From Octopus sinensis (Eukaryota), in assembly GCF_006345805.1 (NCBI RefSeq), contig NC_043006.1:103416001-103480000 (forward strand): a stretch of DNA of 64,000 nt, in the 5' to 3' direction. A program made the translations under genes and the position numbers. Of this stretch, positions 24,411 through 37,829 are shown one piece after another (the stretch's first letter is position 1; each line of letters starts with the position of its first letter). The notes under the pieces are model-generated. The model worked only from the letters and a program-made list of their open reading frames with translations. It was not told the DNA's origin and ran no database searches.

Positions 24411-24640
24411 ATATTATATTAAATTAGAGATAAAACCACTATTAGGCAAATCATACAATGAAAAACTTAAGCCAATACATAAGATTAATTAATTTATATT
24501 ATTTTAAATATATATCAAAATTATTTTAATAATTTTGATATATATTTAAAATAATATAAATTAATTAATCTTATGTATTGGCTTAAGTTTTTCATTGTAT
24601 ATTTGCCTAATATGGTTTTATCTCTAATTTAATATAATAT
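24411..24640. repeat. Near-perfect palindrome (~115-bp arms, 2-nt centre)
   Basis: 24411-24525 is the reverse complement of 24528-24640 with few differences. Confidence 0.9.
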
Positions 24641-24658
24641 AATATATATATATATATT

Positions 24659-24689
<31 letters not shown>

Positions 24690-24891
24690 CTATATATATA
24701 TATATATATATAAGGGCTAATTTTAATATGCTGCCACATTTTTTTATGGAAATTTTTTCTATAAAAAAAACTTCATCCTATATTAGTAGTATATATATAT
24801 ATATATATATATTATTCATACACACACACACACACACATATAATATATATATATATATTATATATATATATATATATATATTCATACACAC

Positions 24892-25037
<146 letters not shown>

Positions 25038-25664
25038 GAGAGACAGAGAGCGAGGGGGAATGATAGAGAGAGATAGATAGAGGGCTACAGATAAAGAGAT
25101 AAATAGATATAGCACACATACGGATCAAGAGATATAGGAAAATAGATATAAACGCAGATACACAAATGCACACACACACACACAGACACACGCACACACA
25201 GCCAAATACATAATGATTTTCTTTCTATGTGTAACCTCATTAACACAAAGAAACTCGATCGCACCCATACACATCGTCTTTATCTAAGGTGTCATCTTTT
25301 TATCAAATACCAACGCGACGCTCCGCGTTTATCCCTTTCCCGTTGTAGATAGGAAAACAGATAAATATTTCTATACAGCATTACACTGACACCAACACAC
25401 TGAAAACAACGCATGCGCACGAACATACATACGCATGCAAATGTAAATTTCTTCAATTACAATATTTGTGTCAACATTAGATAAGGCTTATCATTTGGGG
25501 ATTTTCATATTAAAGTTAAACCTAACGGATTTCGAATTTGTACAAATGCCATGCTTTTTCTATACTTCTGAATTATGTGCCACGTGGTCCCAGCACCTAT
25601 GTCATGTGACACATATATGGTTATTAAGTAAACATATTTCCATTTCTCTTTCTTTCTCTTTCTT

Positions 25665-25701
<37 letters not shown>

Positions 25702-25831
25702 TTCCATCAGTCTCACTCATATTCTCCGTTCCTTTCTATTTCACTTACACATGTACACATGCGGATATATATGTATATACTAACAGATATACCCAGCGTT
25801 GCTCGGGTTTAAAATGGCATAGTTTGACATA

Positions 25832-26344
25832 CCGTAAATCCTCGAGTATAGTCCGCCCTTGAGTTTAATACGCAGGGGATTTTTAGAGGCTGTACCTCTG
25901 AAAAACCTAAACCTTGTGTATAATATGCACTCCTTCTCTAAATTGAGTAAAGTAGGTCTATATAACGTCCTTGGTTTGTAAAAATGTATATGGTAACACC
26001 CTTTATTATTATTGTATATATAACATAGAGCAAACGTATCGCTTTTTTGTGCATTTTGTTTGTTAGAAAATAAAGAAGTAACAGTAATAACGTTTAATAA
26101 ATGTTGCTTACTGCAAGTTATGGATGATTCTTTTATGACTTCATTGCTTTCAGGCTTAGCTTAAGGTATTTTCGCGCCCAACATCACAAAATGCGTCTGA
26201 ATAAACATTGCCGGACAGCAAATAGAGACTCGGACATTGCTTAGAAAATATTTTTCATGTCTAACCTCGTATATAGTGCGCACTTGGGATTTTGACTTTT
26301 AAATTTTGGGAAAAAAAATGCAGATTATACTGGAGGATTTTCGG
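25832..26344. mobile_element. Tc1/mariner (pogo/Tigger-like) MITE
   Basis: TIRs CCGTAAATCCTCGAGTATA / TATACTGGAGGATTTTCGG with TA on both sides. Confidence 0.8.
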
Positions 26345-26395
26345 TATATTGCAGTTATATTGAAACATGTAGTACGGGAAAGTGCAGCATTACTC

Positions 26396-26808
26396 TTTCT
26401 CTCTTTTACTCTTTTACCTGTTTCAGTTATTTGACTGCGGCCATGCTGGAGCACCGCCTTTAGTCGAGCAAATCGACCCCGGGACTTATTCTTTGTAACC
26501 CAGTACTTATTCTATCGGTCTCTTTTGCCGAACCGCTAGGTGACGGGGACGTAAACACACCAGCATCGGTTGTCAAGCAATGCTAGGGGGACAAACACAG
26601 ACACACAAACACACACACATACATATATATATATATACATATATACGACAGGCTTCTTTCAGTTTCCATCTGCTGAATCCATTCACAAGGCATTGGTCGG
26701 CCCGGTGCTATAGCAGAAGATACTTGCTCAAGATGCCACGCAGTGGGACTGAACCCGGAACTATGTGGTTGCTTAGCAAGCTACTTACCACACAGCCACA
26801 CCTGTGCC
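26396..26808 (-). mobile_element. SINE with internal (CA)/(TA) microsatellite
   Basis: Homologous to 30826-31138, 41592-42100 and 60607-61068. Confidence 0.92.
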
Positions 26809-27409
26809 ATTGACGACAAAGCATTTGTGGAGTAAGTGATGTGCTAATTCGACTAAATGACATGCCATGCGTCCGTTTGGAGGAATCCGGGCCCTAACCT
26901 GTCGTAGAAAATTGGAGGTGTGTGATTTTTGAACATACTGGAAAGCTGTCAGTGGATATACTCTCCTTTGCGACAGTCGTCACTACAACTAACATGACCG
27001 TATGGTTGACAGCCGAATCAATATAGGTGTAGTGGAGATATTGTACGTAAATGAGTAGATTTCGGAAATGAGCTGCAATGGGAGACGGCAACAGGGAAGT
27101 GAACAGTTGAAATGTTGCAGAAGGTGAAAGTTTGACATCGGATTACTGGTGTAGCTGTAGAATAAGAAACAGAAACGGAACCTATGGAGTCACATGAGAA
27201 TATGTATTTATGAATTACTTGAAAAATAAGACGCAATGGTTTACTGAGTGGTTGGTGGCAGAAATTGGAGAATATGCTTTGTTACTGAAGTCTATGCAGG
27301 AAGCTGCTTTGTTGGTGCAATCATCAAGTTAGGGTTAGGAATGCAGAAATGGTATCCATCTTCACCATTCACGAAGAGCAGTGGATGCTGGCGCGTATCG
27401 TAGGATACA

Positions 27410-27995
27410 GTAATTCCTACAAAACCTCTCGATAAAGAATATTTTTTATTTTCCCTTGTAGAACAAATGCAAATAGACTTTTTTGCTCCCCACTCAAGAA
27501 GTGACCAACGTCTAATTTCACGTGTGAGAAGCATGATACTTCCAAGTGAAGTCCTACCACAGACAGTGTTTGACCCTGGGATTTATTGATAGACATTGCG
27601 AAGCTGATACGAATAGGAAATTACACTCTTCTGAATGAAAAAGCAATTTCTCCTCATAATGGAATGAGATGAATCCTGGGTATGAAAACATTCTCTCCTT
27701 TTCCACATCCAGAGTCAATGGTTGCCTCAATAACATGTTACATCATCTTCTTTACCACCTGCAGCAGATGCAAATTGCTCAACAACATTACTGGAGTTCC
27801 CACTTTAAGTTCCAGTCTCTGGGAAAGTAGACGTGGAAGCTCCAATGAATTGAGAAATTCTGTTGGATAATATACCACCACCTCTTCTGGATCTGGGATT
27901 GTATCAATTGACTTATAGATGTAAGGACTCCCAACAAGGTACTGCAGTAGCAGCTCATTAATTTTACTTACAGTACTGTTTTTTTTTAAACTAGT
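27410..27995 (-). pseudogene. Helitron RepHel helicase C-terminal remnant
   Basis: KINELLL..YKSIDTI..YPTEFLNSL..LELKVGTPVMLLSNL; VIEATIDSGCGKGENVFIPRI; FAMSINKSQGQTLSVVGLHLE, with stops and frameshifts. Confidence 0.88.
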
Positions 27996-28552
27996 ATTGA
28001 TTTTCCCACAACCACTTGAGATTATCACAATTTTTTTACCAATGGTTGACCTTCTCTTTGGAGACTTTATGTCAAGAAATAATATAGTAAGATGACAATT
28101 GCACGTTAATAATGAAATGTCGATAAAAATGGTAAATAATATCAATATCTTAGCAAATTTTAACAAATATATAGAGTGAACACAGATGACACCCTAATGT
28201 TAATAATTAAATGTCAATTAATATCAATATCTTTAAAAATAAGAAATATGTTTTGTGGATTAATCGCGCTGGATATAAAGTCACTTCGCAAAGAGTTACC
28301 TCTCTCCTCGCATAAACCATGAAATGGCGTTTTCTGCACCGAGAGGACCTCTTACTCGTCATGTGATACGTTTTAAGAGTCTAAATCCAATTCTAGAATA
28401 TAAATGATGTATGTTCCCAATTTGGAGTAAATATGTGGAGAACTTCAGAAGTGATGCGGGTTTACATACACACACACAGCCTGACTTTTATATATATGTA
28501 TATATATATATATAGATGTATATATGAGTGCGTATGTGAGTGGCAGTATATA

Positions 28553-28599
<47 letters not shown>

Positions 28600-28814
28600 C
28601 ACATAAATATGCATATATGTATATATATGTACATATAAATATATACGTACATGTATATCTATATCTATATATATATATATATATTATACATGCATACAGA
28701 GGGAAGAGGGGGACCGAGAGAGTGAGAAGGAGAGATAGACGGTTATATAAGGTCCCCCAAACTTCGCTTTCTTTATCTCTCTCTCTCTCTTCCCTCTCTG
28801 TCTCTGTTTCTGTT

Positions 28815-28860
<46 letters not shown>

Positions 28861-29364
28861 CGGCTCACCTTCCTGTTTTCAAATTTTCCTCAAGTTCTAC
28901 TTAAAATTCAAACTCCAGCTGTACAAGAGTAACAATATTGCATTTAGTATTCTTAATTGTCAATATATATTATGAATTCTGTCAATCAGTTTGTCTGGTT
29001 TCCATAATACTCCTTTCTTTGAGAATGTAGGCAATTAACAGATTAACGAGGCATTAACAGCAGATGTGGTCACTATCTTAAATGCTTTGTAAGTCAATTC
29101 TAATGATAAACAATGCTAAAGTTTAGCCACTGCTGCGTTCTATAATTTAAGAAACAAGGATAAGTGTGCATTCTTCGATGGAGAATGCAACTAAATTAAA
29201 ACTTTCTGGTCAATAACTTTTCTTCAGTCTAAATTGGAAAGGAAAAGAAATATTTATTTACAATTGTCAAAGTAGTCTAGTTTGAATATAATCACTGTAA
29301 CACTGTATTGACCAGACTACAGATACTCTTATACACCGAGATCAAATGCTGGGATTCTTTGCAG

Positions 29365-29560
29365 AGTTTTACCTATGGAATGAGCTCAGGCAGACGGGCC
29401 GTCATTCATTCCTGAGTGCAACATCAGTCCATCCAGGTGTTATGGGTTTCCAAATGAGTAAGTGGAGCAACGTGAAATGAGGTGCTTTGCTCAAAGACCC
29501 AACTCCGCTCCGGCGTGATCACGAGTGCAACGCCGTGACCAATCAGCCACGCACCTTCAC
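29365..29560 (-). mobile_element. Degenerate SINE
   Basis: Similar to the reverse complement of 52790-53060. Confidence 0.55.
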
Positions 29561-30367
29561 AGTGTAATTATAATAACAATGCATAGAACTTGTATTACTT
29601 TTTAGTACAAATATTTTGCGGCTGAGCTGAAATATTTATGCATGTGTTTGTGGTCGTGTGCCAACAAAACTGAAGAATTAATAAACATAAGTTCAAATAT
29701 TCTACGTCCAATATGACCACACCTTCAAAGGAACACAAAACCAATTCATGCAATGTCAAATACTGCAAATGGTTTGAATATAAACCATGTCTGTCGAATT
29801 TTATCTTATTTTGTGTGAAACTATTCACAGCTAATAATTAATTTTTCCAACTATACAGTTATCTGATTGAGTATCGTTTCAAATTATGTTATGATCAGCA
29901 AAGATATACTTATAGAAATTCTGTCTATTGAAACTTTCGATACTACACATTTTATCATTATTAGAACATATGAATACTTATCGAGGACGTAGTTTTTTCT
30001 CTAAGCTTTTCAGAAATGAAGATTCACATGGTGAAATATATAGGTTCGGTAATATCGGTCGTTCGTGAAAAATCGTCAACTCACATTTTCCCCAGTAGCC
30101 ATTTTCCATCCACAATTCATTGAGTATTCATTCTTACAAATAATCAAGTGAGAGAACAATCTTAAGAAGGACATATTTAAAATTTTAAGTAATCATCAAG
30201 AAAAAAACACTTCTTGCTCCTTCCATGGGTTAATTATAACACGAGACAAAAGTACTACAGGTGTAACGATGCGTATAAGCAATTGTAATGATTTAAAATA
30301 CCAAATATTTCATATAGATAGATAGATACATACATATATAATACATACTTATATATGTGTATATATG

Positions 30368-30404
<37 letters not shown>

Positions 30405-30443
30405 ATAGATACATATCTATACCTATATATATACATATATATA

Positions 30444-30487
<44 letters not shown>

Positions 30488-30490
<3 letters not shown>

Positions 30491-30775
30491 CGTGATCACC
30501 GTGACCGACCAGGCTATCAGATGTTGTTACACATCGCTAGTCACAATGCGTTCGCATTGTTTTAGCCTTCGAATGACGCCACCCCGCTGGCTAAGAAAGA
30601 GTGAGATGAAGAGTGGTGAAAGAGTACAGCAGGGATCACCACCCCCTGCCGGAACCTCGTGGAGCTTTTAGGTGTTTTAGCTCAATAAACACACACAACG
30701 CCCGGCCTGGAAATCGAAACCGCAATCCTACGACCGCGAGTCCGCTGCCCTAACCACTGGGCCATTGCGCCTCCA
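30488..30775 (-). mobile_element. tRNA-derived SINE (truncated or composite)
   Basis: Head GGCGCAATGGCCCAGTGGTTAGGGCAGCGGACTCGCGGTCGTAGGATTGCGGTTTCGATTTCC. Confidence 0.88.
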
Positions 30776-30825
30776 TATATATATATATATATATATATAT
30801 TATACATATATTCTCTTATGGTTTT

Positions 30826-31136
30826 ATTTGTCTCAGTTATTTGACTGCGGCCATGCTGGAGCACCGCCTCTAGTCGAACAAATCAACCCCAGGTCTTATT
30901 CTACGTAAGCCTGGTACTTCTTCTCTCGGTCCCTTTTGCCGAACAAACCAACATAAACACAGCAAAATACACACACATATATATATTTACGATACGCTTC
31001 TTTCAGTTTCTGTCTACCAAATCCACTCACAAGGCATTGGTCGACCGGAGTCTATAGTAGAAAACACTTGTCCAAGGCTGAAGCTGGAACCATGTGGTTG
31101 GTAAGCAAGTTACGTACAACGCAGCCACTCATGCGC

Positions 31137-31138
<2 letters not shown>
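30826..31138 (-). mobile_element. SINE (internally deleted)
   Basis: Homologous to 26396-26808. Confidence 0.85.
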
Positions 31139-31183
<45 letters not shown>

Positions 31184-33129
31184 CATGAACATGAAAAATA
31201 ACAAACGTTTTCACTTAGATACATAAATGAACATATATATATATACATATATATGTGTGTATGTCTGTGAAATTACATATATGCGGCCGTCTGTGTGCAT
31301 GCTTGTCTGGTAAAATATGAATGGTATATACCAAAAAATTGTTTAAAACCTGAGTATGTTAATAATTTGTAAAATCAAAGAAGAAATTTTTGTGGTACTC
31401 ACCTGTAGCTTCAACATCCTCTCCAATCACACTCCCACCCACCACCACACTCACAGAGGCGTGCTCACAAACATAGATGCTAATTCTGCCCTAGAACTAC
31501 ATGAAGTAGACACTCGTCTGTAGCATTCTCAGCCACTTACAGGAAGATTCGAGGGAAATAAACTCACATGGTCTAACCACTGAATCCTCCGCGTCGTACG
31601 ACGGAGATCCTCCACCATTATAGAATATTATATAAGGGTATTATCTATAGTGCTATCGCTATATAGTGATATCATATGTACTGATATCTCATATTGTAAT
31701 ATTGACTGTTGAAACAAATTGTCTAAAAACATTGCCAATATTCGGTATACAAGTGACATCCTTGATTAGCCGTTTGTTTGAAAATATTACTGTAAATTTT
31801 GATGTGAATGAATACAATTCTAATACACAAAACCCCCTGGCAATAAGATTGACCATTAGATAGATTCGTCTATTGTAAATTACCATCAAAATGTGTTTAC
31901 TATATTGATTTCTTACATAACTGTCCACTAAAAGTAGATCGAAAAAAGATATATTGGACAAAATGTGACGTCAATGTGTTGCAAGACAATGAAGGAGCAT
32001 TTCGTCGTTAAAATTAGCCATGATGTTCATCAACATAATGATGATGAGGATGATGATCATGAGGATGATGATGTGGTTGTTGTTAGTGGTGGTGGAAGTT
32101 ATGATGATGATGAGGAGGAGGATAATGACTACGACGTCAACGATGGCGGCAACAATGATGAGGATGAAAAGAAAATGATGATAATGATGCTGATGATTAT
32201 GTTGTGTATAAAGATGACTGATGATGATAATGATCTTTTTCAGAGCAGAAAAAGAAAAGAAAAAATTTATAAAAGAAGAGAATTGAATTGGCTCCATTAC
32301 ATAAGACATATATATTTGAATAACGCCGTTAGGATACGAAAAAAAAAAAAGGAAGTATAGATGACCTCTGCAGACATTTTGTACACGGAATATTCTAGGA
32401 TGTTGCTAAATTTTATAATATACATACATACTTACGTGCATACATATATACATACAATCATGTGTGTGTCGGTGTGTATAAATATGTGTGTGTTTGTATG
32501 TATGTGCGTCTAACTCTTTATAACATTACAACTTGCACCTCATTTATATTTATTATTTGATAGGGTGGTGGAATCGGTTGGTCATCGGGTGAAAGTGCTT
32601 TTCCGTCATTTCACGTTTCAGTTTCAAATTTCACCGACGTCTGTTGCATTTGCTTTTACTCTTCCAGAAATGTATTGAAACCCTTCCCACCAAAATTGCT
32701 GGCCTTGTGCCTAAATTAAAAACAATTATCCGTTAATTTAGCTTGACATCTAGATGAGGACAACTTATACCTCTTATTAGCTGACCAACTGTTACATGAT
32801 ATACTGAGTTGAAATTCTTTTTTCAAATATTCTTTTATTAATGCGTGGCCATACTCTTACAAAGTGATAACTGTAGTCGATGAAATCGTGACTGATGTAC
32901 ATAAGCATCCTAAAAATAGACACCACCCTTCTTAAAAGATTTATTTCTAGAATCGAAATGGTGGGTTTTGATGTATTGAAATATTTAATATACCTTTTAG
33001 CAGGCATGCTTTGTGCAGATTTTAAGGATTTGATTTTGAGGGCATTGTAGTAATTAATAAGTTCTGAAATTGTCTCATGGAATTCCTGCACAGACTGCAC
33101 ACATGTTGAAAATACCAAGTTGTTCAGAA

Positions 33130-33330
33130 GGCCCAGGTCAACCTGACCGTGATGCTTTTGATTCCTATCCTTTCCTTTGAGGGTGAAATGTTTAGCCAAT
33201 CTATTGACTGTGACGAGAGGATTCTCATGATTTTGTGCAATTTTACGTTGGCTAATTCCACCCTCAGATTCACCCAAAATGCGCCCTTTCTGAAATTCAG
33301 ACAACTCTTTTTTTTCTGGTGTTCAAGGAC
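33130..33330 (-). pseudogene. Tc1 transposase N-terminal HTH fragment
   Basis: [32 protein letters not shown], typical of the Tc1 paired-like domain. Confidence 0.7.
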
Positions 33331-33729
33331 TGGCTAATTAGTATAAACGATGAATCTAGTGTAGTCTGAATCGAAAACAAACAACACATAAACAAACTTA
33401 TAGCACCACATGGTGTCTATTTACTTATGAGTTGTTTGTGCGACGAAGGGAGAAAACGTGAAATCAATCATGGAAGGTTTTGTGAAACCAAAATTGAGAA
33501 CATTTCATTCAATGTCACGAAATAACTATTGTTTTAATCACAGCATAGCACCTTTAAAAAAACGTCGCTCGCGTACTAAATAGAAACCCCTCTATTAACA
33601 GACTGCCATAGCATTGATTGAAGAGTGCTAATTAAGAAACCGTTCTTTTCTTAATGATAAAACGTCATTTCCTGAAACATATTTGACGTCACATGCTGTC
33701 ACGTGATAACGGAGTGTCCTGGATTCAAA

Positions 33730-34760
33730 GAAAGGAACTTCATATCTCGTGTGGTCACCGTTAGTGTTGATTACCTCCAGGCATCTTCTGTACATTAAAT
33801 GCGCCAAACCATTGATGAAGGCCATGTGGATAGCAGCCTACACTCTGTTAAAACTTGCAGTGAGTTGTGTCTCAGTTGTCGGCCTTGGACGGATGTCATT
33901 TAGCCTTCTGTAGATTTCATCCCACAGGTGCTCTATGGGATTCAAGCCCGGACTTAGGGCTGGCCATAGCAGCGTCTGGATGTTGTGCTTTTGGAGGAAG
34001 TCTGTTGTCAACATGGCAGTATCGGAACGGGCGTTGTTGTGTTGGAACACGTGATTTCGATGACGGGCAAAGTATAACACAATGTGAGGCCTCAAAACTT
34101 GGTCGATGTAGCGAACAGCAGTTACACCATTGCTCCGGCATTGACCGATGTTCTGGTTGAGTAAAATCCCGCTCCATTTGATGATGCTCTTTCCGAACCA
34201 TGAATCTCTCTCCACCACACAGCCATCAGCATGACGCTCACACCTTCTTCTCCAAACCCTAGCTCTGCCATCTGCCACAGAAATGCAATATCAACTTTCG
34301 TCAGAGAAGACTACATTCCTCCACTGCTGCTTTCGTCAGTTCTGACATTTTCGAGCCAACTGCAGACGTGCCCGTCGATGACGATCCGTGAAGATGGGTC
34401 CCCTAACCGGACGTCGACAAGACAAACTGAAAAATCTCAACCGACGGCGAACTGTCTCTGCACAAATGGGTCTGTGGTAAGTTCTTATGGTCTACCTAGT
34501 TGATCCCATTGCCCTCCAGAATCTGTCCTGCAAGTGCTGTTGGTGCAGGTGGTGATCTTGACGTGCCGTTGTAACCCTCGATCGGCCACTGTGCGCGCGA
34601 TCATCCGTTCTGTTTGTTCCCTCTGCTGCTCCGTTGTCCAAATATTGCAATTCAAGTCGTTAGCAATGACCCATCGACGGTGACCAGCATGGAAACTTGC
34701 AATGGCTTACTCCCTCTGATTTCGTGTCAGTCTTGGCAAGCTTGCTGCGTTCGGGAAACG
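33730..34760 (-). pseudogene. Tc1 (DD34E-type) transposase pseudogene
   Basis: SGRSRVTTARQD..VRRRL..VVFSDES..GRARVWRR..FQHNNAR..WPALSPGLNPIEHLWD, with several stops and frameshifts. Confidence 0.92.
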
Positions 34761-35183
34761 AAAGACAGGCTGGTAAATTTGGGTTCTTTTATACCCAATG
34801 AGTAAGTGGGGAGGGTGAGTGTTTCTGTGTTATTTCGTTTTGCATGTGCATGATGCTCTTCATAAAGGTGCGTTCGGGAGCCATACCTTGTTTACGAAAA
34901 GTGGGCGAGTTCGAAACCTACATGCAATCCTTGAGTTTTCAAAAGAAAGCTGTGTTGTGGGTCAGTGACATCTTCCTGGTGTCAAGTTACATACCTAGAT
35001 ATGCGATAAAATCCATATACATTTGACGGATATTTGTCCTCATCACTGTTGTTAACACACCGTTTTGGCTGATATACCTTCCAGCCTTCATTATTTGTCT
35101 TGGGGAAATTTCGAACCTGGGTTCTCATTCCTAATGCATTTTTCGATGTTGTAATTATTATTATTATTATTATTATTATTATT

Positions 35184-35739
35184 GAGTGAGAGAGCAGTTC
35201 ATGCCATCAAAGTGACACTGGGGTAAAATATACGAAGCCCAGCATACCCATCATGACTACCCGTCTGATAAGGGTACACCAGGCACATGCATCACAACCA
35301 TATGTGCGCGACATGGTGATCTCATATCAAGATAAACAGCACATGACCTTGCAGGTGGGGCCCAGTTAGAATTTTCTTCAGGTTGAGTAGCCCATCCTGC
35401 TCAAAAGGTCCCTGAATAAGGGTTGCTTTAGGATGTTGAACGAAACACCTATGTTTCCAGAGGTGAACCATTCAAACCCCAAAGAATCCCTCTCAACACA
35501 TGGCTATGATGCTCCCCCACTACTTCTGCTCGTGATCAGAGATGCACATATCGTCAGCCACTAAGGGACATGCTCAACTGATTAAGGTCAAGCAACTGAC
35601 AAGCAAATCTGTGGTATTGAGCAGAATATTTGCTGTAGCCCATCTTTTATACCAAGACAAAACAATGTACATGATAACACTTCCAATCAGTTAAGATCAG
35701 AAGCCATGAGAGCCACTGCCTGGTACTGCATCAGGGCAT
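35184..35739 (-). mobile_element. ~555-bp (TAA)n-flanked element, copy 3
   Basis: Full length, same termini as the other copies. Confidence 0.92.
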
Positions 35740-35742
35740 TTA

Positions 35743-35790
<48 letters not shown>

Positions 35791-36769
35791 TATTATTATT
35801 ATTATTATTCAGGTCATCGCCTGGAATCGAACTCGGAATCTTGGGATTAGTAGCCCGCGCGTTTGACCACTACACCATATGCCCGAGGTTGGTTTTGTCT
35901 TTCATACTTTCGAGGTCGAGAAAATAACTTCAAGTCGAGCACTGGAGTTGACGTAGTCGACTAGTCCCTTGGAAATTGCTGGCCCTGTACCAGGATTTGA
36001 AACCAATATTTGCTTAAAATTATTAAATTGAACGTTTTCACGACAGAAGACAGGAATTGAGAAAGACCACGAAATAACACAAACACGCACACATACATAC
36101 AGACAAACCCCTGTTCATAGCTAGACTTACCACACATACTTACAAATATCCAAACGTTGACAGTCACTGATTCCTTTTAACTTCTATTATTGTATTTCGT
36201 TTTACTTTATCCGTTATATTTAATATAAAACGTTCGAAAGTTAACCGACTTTTGCACAGAAGCATTCTAAAGATTATAAAACACGACAAAACATATGAAT
36301 ACCCTGATTAATTACATAGAAGAAAGTATTTTAGTCTTCTACGGTCAACTCTGATAAACAATCTTAATATCCGTGCAAGATTAAGCAACATGATATTGAT
36401 TTCGAATTTCGCCACAAGGCCAGCCATTTCGGGCGAGGAGATGACTAGCTGTTTGGCAAAAAATAATGATAGAATACTTACCGGGCTTTAAAAACTGGGA
36501 TCTATTTGTGTAAATGTACAACAGCAACGGATAAGAAAGGGTATTGCTCAGTAACTCTGCCAAAGCCGGGCTCGGGATGTGAAACCATGGTCTGGCGATC
36601 GTAAGCCCAACACCCTCTCCACTGAGCCACGTAACTTTACTTCACCGCTAACATCATTTTTAAAAGAGTTCAAAATTTCTCCCATCATGGAAGAAGATTT
36701 TTAAGCATTTAGAAAACATATAAGCTATGTACCGTTACATCTGACACATGCACACACGCATAAATACAC

Positions 36770-37170
36770 AATACTCTCTCTTTGTCTTTCTTTCACCCAC
36801 TCACTCACTTCACTCACTCTCTCATTCACTCTCACTCACTCATTTCGTCAGTCACTCACTCACGCACTCACGCACTCACGCACTCACGCACTCACTTCCT
36901 CTCTTCCCCTTCTCTCCCTCCCTCACTCATTCAATCACTTACTCACTGACACCTCCCACCGTCTCCCCATCACTCCTTCCCTCCCCTCTCTCCCTCCATC
37001 CCTCCCTCCCTCTCTCTCTCCCACTCTCCCTCTCTCCCTCCCTCTCTCCCTCCCTCCCTCCCCTCTCTCCCTCCCACTCGCCCTCCCACTCTCCCTCTCT
37101 CCCTCCCACTCTCCCTCTCTCCCTCTCTCCCTCCCTCTCTCCCTCCATTCCTCCCTCCGTTACTCACTCA
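36770..37170. repeat. (CACT)n then (CT/CCCT)n polypyrimidine tract
   Basis: About 230 bp almost purely C/T on the plus strand after the CACT repeats. Confidence 0.9.
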
Positions 37171-37829
37171 CTCTGGGAAGTGGCGGTGTCTTGCTGAGAG
37201 AGACTAATAAAACAAGTAAACATAGACAATATATTTTAAAATCTCCTGTCAAAACATATTCATTATTATCCGACATCTGACAATGTACATCCGGTAAATT
37301 CTCTTCTCATTTTTCCCGGTCAACTAAAGTAAATTTTGACAAAAGAGGACGTTGGTAGTCATTCGATTGACGATATCAGAGCTTTAGAAATGATGACGTC
37401 AGTTGTCAGTCAACCAATGAAAACGATAGTTTGAAAAGGAGCTGCAAAACTGTATTTCAGTAAAGCTGCATCGAAGAAATGTCCCTCGAATTACAATTTA
37501 CTGCTTTAAAAAAGGGAGTAAGATAAATTAGATAAAGGTGTCAAAGGCACAGCTTCCTAATAATGTAACATGATATGCAGGGCTGGAAAGATCTGCCCAC
37601 TGGGAGCTAAACAATACTTCAGGATGAACAACTGAAATTTTTTTAATGAAATCACGAAGCAACTTCCTCGAGCGTATCCGCTAACTTAAAGATGGGGTGG
37701 TTTAGAAATGTTTATTTTATGTACTTTTGCTATAAAAACCGCAACACTGTTGCTATCGATCCCAACATGGTTCGGCCTTGATATAAATACGAGGTCAGCA
37801 AATATTTAACAAGTGCGTTCAGGACACCG

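Larger units (their letters stand above)
25780..28516 (-). mobile_element. Internally deleted Helitron with nested MITE and SINE
   Basis: 5' end A|TCTATATA..TAAAAGTC at 28516; 3' hairpin ACCCGAGCAACGCTGGGT followed by TTAG|T at 25780; PIF1-type helicase remnant inside. Confidence 0.75.

Noticed and set aside
30700-30775. tRNA genes in SINE heads
   Set aside because: The heads have A/B boxes but no complete cloverleaf and run directly into SINE bodies.
35713-35739. CCTGGTACTGCA similarity to U2 snRNA stem-loop IV at the end of the 555-bp element
   Set aside because: Only 11 of 12 nt match, with no extension.
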